Source of the DNA: Pseudomonadota bacterium
GTDB taxonomy: Bacteria > Bdellovibrionota > Bdellovibrionia > Bdellovibrionales > SG-bin7
DNA length: 35,576 nt
NCBI GenBank assembly: GCA_034439715.1
Contig: JAWXAY010000082.1
Coordinates: 1 to 35,576 of the forward strand
Reading direction: 5' to 3'
The translations under genes were made by a program, and so were the position numbers. Positions 30,587 through 35,576 of this stretch are shown in pieces; the first letter of the stretch is position 1; each line of letters begins with the position of its first letter. The notes under the pieces were generated by a model. The model saw only the letters and a list, made by a program, of their open reading frames with translations. It did not search any database and had not been told where the DNA came from.

Positions 30587-32026
30587 ATGAAAAGACTTAA
30601 ACTGGGTGTTAAATCTCGAATCTACGGCATGTGTGCTGCCATTGTATCTCTTCTTATAGTTGCTTTATGTTATGTGACTTTCGAAGTTCGCAAAACAGCC
30701 ACTCTTGTTTCTGGGCAACGTGCAAGTGTCGAAATGCTTCAGGTTGTAGAAAAGACTCGGGTCCAATTCTTAACCGTCCAGTATTGGCACAACGAATTTG
30801 CCCTCAGTTGGCAAATCGCGTCTAGAGACAAGGCCGTTGAAGCCCGAAAGGTCTTGGATGGCGATCTTGTAAGGCTCTCCTCCCTAGACCCTGAGTTTAC
30901 TCAAGTGCTGCGCGACAAAGTCGATCAATTCGAAAAAAAAATGAACTCAGCGGCGGAAGTCTTCGTAGAGGGAAATCGTATTCTAGGTGCCGAACTGAGC
31001 ACCGAGTCCTCAGTGCTTGCTGCACAAGTTTTTAAATCTTTAAACGAAAAGTTAGCTAATTTTAACGGCAAAAACTTGGATATTTTGACCACGACTGATC
31101 AGATTGTTGAACAAAGCAACTATCTCAGCAAAGCTGGCTTTTTTCTGACAGTAGTTGGGTTGGTGCTTTCTATCTTAATATCAGCTTTTGTCGGACATCA
31201 ATTGAGCAAGCGCCTGCAAGGAGTCAATACTGAACTTGAAGATTCTGGAACTCAAGTCTCTCAAGCTTCCAATGAACTTTCTAGATCCAGCAAAGCGCTG
31301 TCTGAGAGCGCCTCGCATGCGGCTAGCTTTCTTGAAGAAACCGCAGCCTCTATCGAAGAACTTTCTAGTATGGTAAAAAAGAATGCCGACTATTCAAAAG
31401 AGGCGGCAGATCTTTCTAAAAGTGGCTATGGCGACGCCCAAAAAGGTCAGCAAGAAATTCAGGACCTTATTACGGCCATGCACGGAATTTCTAAGAGTTC
31501 CAAAAAAATCGAAGAGATTATAAATGTCATTGATGACATTGCATTTCAAACAAACCTGCTAGCTCTCAATGCCGCTGTTGAAGCCGCACGAGCGGGCGAA
31601 CAAGGTAAAGGCTTTGCCGTTGTGGCCGAGGCCGTACGCAGCTTAGCACAGAAAAGTTCTGTAGCGGCTGGAGATATCTCTAAATTGATTAAGGAAAGCG
31701 TTGAACAAACGCAGCTGGGCACTCAAACAGCAGATCGTGGTGGAGTTGCTCTTAAGGGTATTGTTGAATCAATTGGTAAAATCACCGAACTTAACCAGAT
31801 GATAGCACTAGCCAGCAATGAACAATCAGAGGGCATTAGCCAGATCAACAAAACGATCGTCGAAATGGACGAGCTCACTCAGAAAAACGCTGAGGGCGCT
31901 GGTGCCGTGGCTGAATCTTCACAGCAACTTTCTGCGCAAGCAGAAACTTTACAAAAGTGTGTTGGCAATATGAATCAGATTATCAGCGGCGAAGGTGTAG
32001 TCGTTAACGCTAAAATAGCTGCCTAA
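30587..32026 (+). CDS. Methyl-accepting chemotaxis protein (likely start ATG 30587)
   Basis: TM1, helical periplasmic domain, TM2, signalling hairpin [49 protein letters not shown]. Confidence 0.96.
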   Translation: MKRLKLGVKSRIYGMCAAIVSLLIVALCYVTFEVRKTATLVSGQRASVEMLQVVEKTRVQFLTVQYWHNEFALSWQIASRDKAVEARKVLDGDLVRLSSLDPEFTQVLRDKVDQFEKKMNSAAEVFVEGNRILGAELSTESSVLAAQVFKSLNEKLANFNGKNLDILTTTDQIVEQSNYLSKAGFFLTVVGLVLSILISAFVGHQLSKRLQGVNTELEDSGTQVSQASNELSRSSKALSESASHAASFLEETAASIEELSSMVKKNADYSKEAADLSKSGYGDAQKGQQEIQDLITAMHGISKSSKKIEEIINVIDDIAFQTNLLALNAAVEAARAGEQGKGFAVVAEAVRSLAQKSSVAAGDISKLIKESVEQTQLGTQTADRGGVALKGIVESIGKITELNQMIALASNEQSEGISQINKTIVEMDELTQKNAEGAGAVAESSQQLSAQAETLQKCVGNMNQIISGEGVVVNAKIAA

Positions 32027-32027
32027 C

Positions 32028-32042
32028 GTTTCATTTTGAGAC
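32028..32042. repeat. 15-bp quasi-palindrome, exact reverse complement of 25156-25170
   Basis: GTTTCATTTTGAGAC immediately after the MCP stop codon. Confidence 0.85.
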
Positions 32043-32054
32043 ATCACCTTTCGG

Positions 32055-32082
32055 TCAAGAAATTCTAATAAAGAACCGATAA
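32055..32082 (+). promoter_or_regulatory. Putative sigma28 promoter of the PilZ gene
   Basis: TCAA-N16-ACCGATAA, 13 nt before the ATG at 32096. Confidence 0.6.
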
Positions 32083-32095
32083 TCTGTTAGCACTT

Positions 32096-32815
32096 ATGGA
32101 AAAAATTTGGTTTTATTACTCTGAAGATAACGTGACTGGGCCGTTCACAACGGACGAAATTAAATCCAAAGCCGCATTGTCAGAGGATGCCACCTCGTTT
32201 GTTTGGGTACGTGGACAAAAAAAATGGATACCAATTAATCAGCTAAATCGCCATCTCGATGAAATTATCAGTCGTCGGCAATCCTTGAAGCAGGAACCTC
32301 AAAACTGGTTTCTAAATTACGGCGGGCGGTCTCTAGGCCCCATGGTCCAGGCTGAATTGATTAGGTACTTGCGAACGGTGTCCACCGCTGAGTTTGATAA
32401 TGTCTTGATTTGGTCAATGGGAATGGAAAATTGGGCAAAGGTTTTTGAGTTTCCACCGATCGCTGATGAACTGGGGGTCAGTCGCCGTACTCACCCTAGA
32501 GTCCCACTGAACGCTGTAGTCATACTAAACGTTGACGGCGTGGAGCAGACAGCGCAGGCCCTCACCATCAGTGTTGGTGGCATTGGAGTTGCGGGATTTA
32601 CTCAGCTCGAAAAAGGTAAAGTAGTTAAATTAAGCATCAAAAGTCCTGACCTGAGTGTGAACATTACAGCGTCTGCCGTTGTTAAATATCTCATTAAGAA
32701 CGAAGAGGCTGGACTACAATTTAAAAATCTACACCTTGAAATGCAGGCTCGGATAATCGACTATGTCAAAAAATTTAAAAACTTAGAAGAAAAACCTAAC
32801 CGAACCGCTGCTTAG
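32096..32815 (+). CDS. GYF_2 (DUF4339) x2 plus PilZ domain protein
   Basis: Two W..(x)..GP....L/I...VW..G...W units; PilZ RRTHPR and TISVGG, GLQF. Confidence 0.88.
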   Translation: MEKIWFYYSEDNVTGPFTTDEIKSKAALSEDATSFVWVRGQKKWIPINQLNRHLDEIISRRQSLKQEPQNWFLNYGGRSLGPMVQAELIRYLRTVSTAEFDNVLIWSMGMENWAKVFEFPPIADELGVSRRTHPRVPLNAVVILNVDGVEQTAQALTISVGGIGVAGFTQLEKGKVVKLSIKSPDLSVNITASAVVKYLIKNEEAGLQFKNLHLEMQARIIDYVKKFKNLEEKPNRTAA

Positions 32816-32832
32816 CTTCTATAAACTGGTTT

Positions 32833-33429
32833 CTATTTTACTAGTTTTTCTGGCGTACTTTCGACGGCAAAATTGATTTCACTTGCTCCAGCCTCGGTCA
32901 CTGTAAACATAACTTTTTTAATTGTTAAAAAATCAATCGATTTATCGGCTGAGACCGTCACCTTTTTGTACATTCCTCTCTCTGGGGCCACCTTAGCATT
33001 CTTGGCATCGCTCAAGGTATCCTTTACGCGGGCAATAGGATTTGCCTTTAGTTCCTTTTTCTTCTTTTCAATTAGAACTCTCAATCTATCATAGAGCGGC
33101 TTAATCATCCAAGAGTCTTGCTCTCGAACTTTCTTGGTCGAAATAACAGTTACAACGCCCTTTTTCTCCTGAATTAAAATTTCTTTGTTGGAGACAATGA
33201 CTATGTTGGACTCTTTGAGCTCTCTAATTTCTGAGGCAGTTGGCAAGTCCACGTCTTGAGGAATCTCTATAATTTGGCCAGTCACGTTATAATTTTGCAG
33301 CAAAAAAACAGCAAGAACTGTAAACATATCCACCATCGCAGTGAGCGATAGAACTGCGACGACGTTACGCTTTTTTTTGCGTGAGAGGTACTTATTACGA
33401 ACTCTTTTGCCCGGCGGATGAATTGGCAT
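32833..33429 (-). CDS. ExbD/TolR family protein (AglQ/AglS-like)
   Basis: TM LSLTAMVDMFTVLAVFLL with the conserved Asp; ADKSIDF..IKKVM.T...AG...INFAV. Confidence 0.9.
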   Translation of the reverse strand: MPIHPPGKRVRNKYLSRKKKRNVVAVLSLTAMVDMFTVLAVFLLQNYNVTGQIIEIPQDVDLPTASEIRELKESNIVIVSNKEILIQEKKGVVTVISTKKVREQDSWMIKPLYDRLRVLIEKKKKELKANPIARVKDTLSDAKNAKVAPERGMYKKVTVSADKSIDFLTIKKVMFTVTEAGASEINFAVESTPEKLVK

Positions 33430-33887
33430 TATTTTACCTCTCCGGTAATAACCCCGATGTTAGGAAATTGGCTCTGTAGCAGAACATCCATGCCCTCGAT
33501 AAAAATCTCAAACTTAAGATCTTCGCTCACCATTATTTGAGCCGCCGTTTGATCAGGGTTTCGGTCTTTAATTTTTAATAACAATTTTCTTAAAGCCTCT
33601 TTGTCGTAAGTCTCGCCCGTTTTGGGAATCGGAAAAGATTTGCCAGCAAACATTAGATTGTAGCCATTCTTCTTGATATCCAGCCTGAGCTCTTTATCTT
33701 CTTGCTTGGCGAGTGGTTCATCGTCCTGTCGCTTACTGTAGATAGAGCTGCCCAATTGAATCATGGAAATCTGTGTCCATACGGCAGTTAAAAGCATAAA
33801 GACAATGAGAACGCTCATTAAGTCAATGAACGGAACCAAGTTCACATCTACGTTTATACCTTCTCCACCATCATCAATTTGGGACAT
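33429..33887 (-). CDS. ExbD/TolR family protein (AglQ/AglS-like)
   Basis: NLVPFIDLMSVLIVFMLLTAVW with the conserved Asp; C-terminal MDVL..FPNI. Confidence 0.9.
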   Translation of the reverse strand: MSQIDDGGEGINVDVNLVPFIDLMSVLIVFMLLTAVWTQISMIQLGSSIYSKRQDDEPLAKQEDKELRLDIKKNGYNLMFAGKSFPIPKTGETYDKEALRKLLLKIKDRNPDQTAAQIMVSEDLKFEIFIEGMDVLLQSQFPNIGVITGEVK

Positions 33888-33901
33888 TTTATTTTCCTAT
33901 C

Positions 33902-34585
33902 TTAATCCTTAAGTTTTTCCCGATTTGAAGCCACTACATTCATTAAACTCATACTGCCCTCTACCATGTCGTTAACCGCAAGACCCACTTTTCTTTGGTA
34001 AAAACCATATGCTAGAATCGCGATTATCGCCACGAAAAGACCAAACGCCGTACAGTTTAACGCTTCAGAAATACCTCTTGAAAGTTCCGTCGCTTTTTCT
34101 GCTGACGATTTCTCGGCTATAGACCTAAATGATCTAATCATTCCAGTGATTGTACCTAAAAGACCCGCGAGTGTAGCTAAGTTTCCGAACACCGCCAAAA
34201 AGGCCGTCCAGCCTTCTATTTTTGGAGTTTCTCTGAGTACCACGGCATCCATCGCGACCTGCACTTCTTCATCAGGTCTCTTATTTAAAACCTGAACGAG
34301 TCCTGCCTTAAGAGTTAAGGCGAGCGGCGCCATGTAACCATCACAATAAGCAATGGCTTGCCTAAGCTGTCCCGCCACGACCATGCCAAAAAGTTTTTCA
34401 ATAAAATCCTCTTTGTCGATCACTAGCTGGCCGAGCGTTCTCCACCGATTAACTATGATCATTATTGTGAGGATCAAAATCCCCAATATGACCCACATGA
34501 CTGGTCCGCCTTCATCAAAGGCTCCGGCCACTGTCCAAGATGCCACTTGTTGGACTTCGGGTGTAACTACCTGCTGTTCATCCAT
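33902..34585 (-). CDS. MotA/TolQ/ExbB proton channel protein (AglR-like)
   Basis: GGPVMW TM1, ATLAGLLGTITGMIRSF, GISEALNCTAFGL. Confidence 0.93.
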   Translation of the reverse strand: MDEQQVVTPEVQQVASWTVAGAFDEGGPVMWVILGILILTIMIIVNRWRTLGQLVIDKEDFIEKLFGMVVAGQLRQAIAYCDGYMAPLALTLKAGLVQVLNKRPDEEVQVAMDAVVLRETPKIEGWTAFLAVFGNLATLAGLLGTITGMIRSFRSIAEKSSAEKATELSRGISEALNCTAFGLFVAIIAILAYGFYQRKVGLAVNDMVEGSMSLMNVVASNREKLKD

Positions 34586-34606
34586 GATTCCTCCTGATTA
34601 ATTCTT

Positions 34607-35576
34607 TTACTGAGATGAAAATACGAACGGATATTGTACCACGCCGACCATATTCGGTGGTGGATTGGGAAATCGCAGTCCCTTAATCACGTCCATACAA
34701 CATTTTGTAACTCTTTTTTCTCTAATTGTATCGCCTCTATTGACGGCCTCGACCTTACCAACTATTCCGCCGTCGCCAATCTCCCACTTTAAAACCAGCT
34801 TTCCGGCTAGATTTTGATTTTTATTGAGTTGAATTTCGTAACAGTTTTTAAACTCACTTAAGTGCTCTCTGATTACCCGTCGTATCGCCTCGCGATCCAT
34901 TCCCCCGCTCAAACTTTCAACCTCTGCGCTAATATCAATACTGGCAGAGCCTTTTTCTAAACCTGAACCAATTTGTCCGCGACCACCGCTGCCGACTCCA
35001 GGAGTGCTAATTTTTACGTCAGCTCGACCAATTGGGGCGATCCCCTGTCCGCCAGCTCCCTCTTTTGTACGGGGGGCGTTTAGACCAGATCCTGGGCGAT
35101 CACTTTCTCCCGCAGCTGCGCTGGCACCTTTGGTAACTTCACGGAGTCCCGCAAATGAGGAGTCAGAGCCACCGATGTTTTCTCTAACTCCACCGGAGCC
35201 AAAAATTCCCACTGACTTTACATCGACCTCGGGTTTTGGCGGTGCCGGTTTTTTTACGGCGCCAGGTTCTATCGAAGCGCCCGGCTTGGTGATTTTAGGT
35301 TTAGCGACCGACGTCAACTCAGGTTTTTTTACCGTGGTCTTCTTGGGAGCTATCTGCGCTGTTTCTCCGCCCGACTTCTTCTCTGCTTTTTTGGGTTCGG
35401 TTTGAGTTTGAACAACAGCCTGTTTTTCTACTTGCTTTTCCTTGGGCGCTACTTCAGGAGTTGGCGAGTCGATAATTGGAGCGGCCGGTGTTGGAGGATC
35501 ATATTTAAAAATCACCACACGTTCTTGCGGTTCTTCTATTTCCTCTTCGGGCTCAGGCGTATAGATGTTCATAAAT
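34607..35576 (-). CDS. TonB-C / AgmX-PglI-type C-terminal domain protein (GltG-like), 5' end outside the window
   Basis: Pro/Lys/Glu- and Gly-rich linker, then MDREAIRRVI..FKNCYE..L..N..LAGKLVLKWEI..G.V..FPNP...V.YPFVF; frame is open to the window edge. Confidence 0.85.
   Translation of the reverse strand, partial: FMNIYTPEPEEEIEEPQERVVIFKYDPPTPAAPIIDSPTPEVAPKEKQVEKQAVVQTQTEPKKAEKKSGGETAQIAPKKTTVKKPELTSVAKPKITKPGASIEPGAVKKPAPPKPEVDVKSVGIFGSGGVRENIGGSDSSFAGLREVTKGASAAAGESDRPGSGLNAPRTKEGAGGQGIAPIGRADVKISTPGVGSGGRGQIGSGLEKGSASIDISAEVESLSGGMDREAIRRVIREHLSEFKNCYEIQLNKNQNLAGKLVLKWEIGDGGIVGKVEAVNRGDTIREKRVTKCCMDVIKGLRFPNPPPNMVGVVQYPFVFSSQ

Noticed and set aside
35004..35405. 133-aa Pro/Gly/Ala-rich plus-strand ORF, and similar antisense ORFs across pilQ, pilM, carB and rpoN
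   Set aside because: Fully nested antisense to well-supported genes, with no recognisable domain.

Overview
Core-genome window that looks like a Bdellovibrionota-type predatory bacterium (inferred from gene order and protein features, not from a database search). It opens at the 3' end of a minus-strand 16S rRNA gene with tRNA-Ala(TGC) upstream. A long minus-strand run follows: rarA, a lipoprotein, the type IV pilus cluster (pilQ-P-O-N-M, pilD, pilI/pilH-like ABC pair), carB-orf-carA-pyrB, two lepB paralogs, lepA, metK, hpf, rpoN, lptB and a long lptC/lptA-like gene. The right end holds a secreted tandem-repeat protein divergent from an MCP, a GYF_2-GYF_2-PilZ protein and a TolQ/TolR/TolR/TonB-C (Agl-Glt-like) motor cluster cut by the window edge. 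No mobile element or CRISPR array is visible. Best leads: (1) a stand-alone, internally duplicated chemoreceptor-type sensor domain protein head-to-head with an MCP; (2) a recurring 15-bp GTCTCA-N3-TGAGAC-like element beside sigma28-like promoters; (3) a lepB paralog lacking the Ser/Lys catalytic dyad; (4) pilN apparently starting at CTG; (5) an apparently leaderless pyrB and SD-occluding inverted repeats before metK and lptC.
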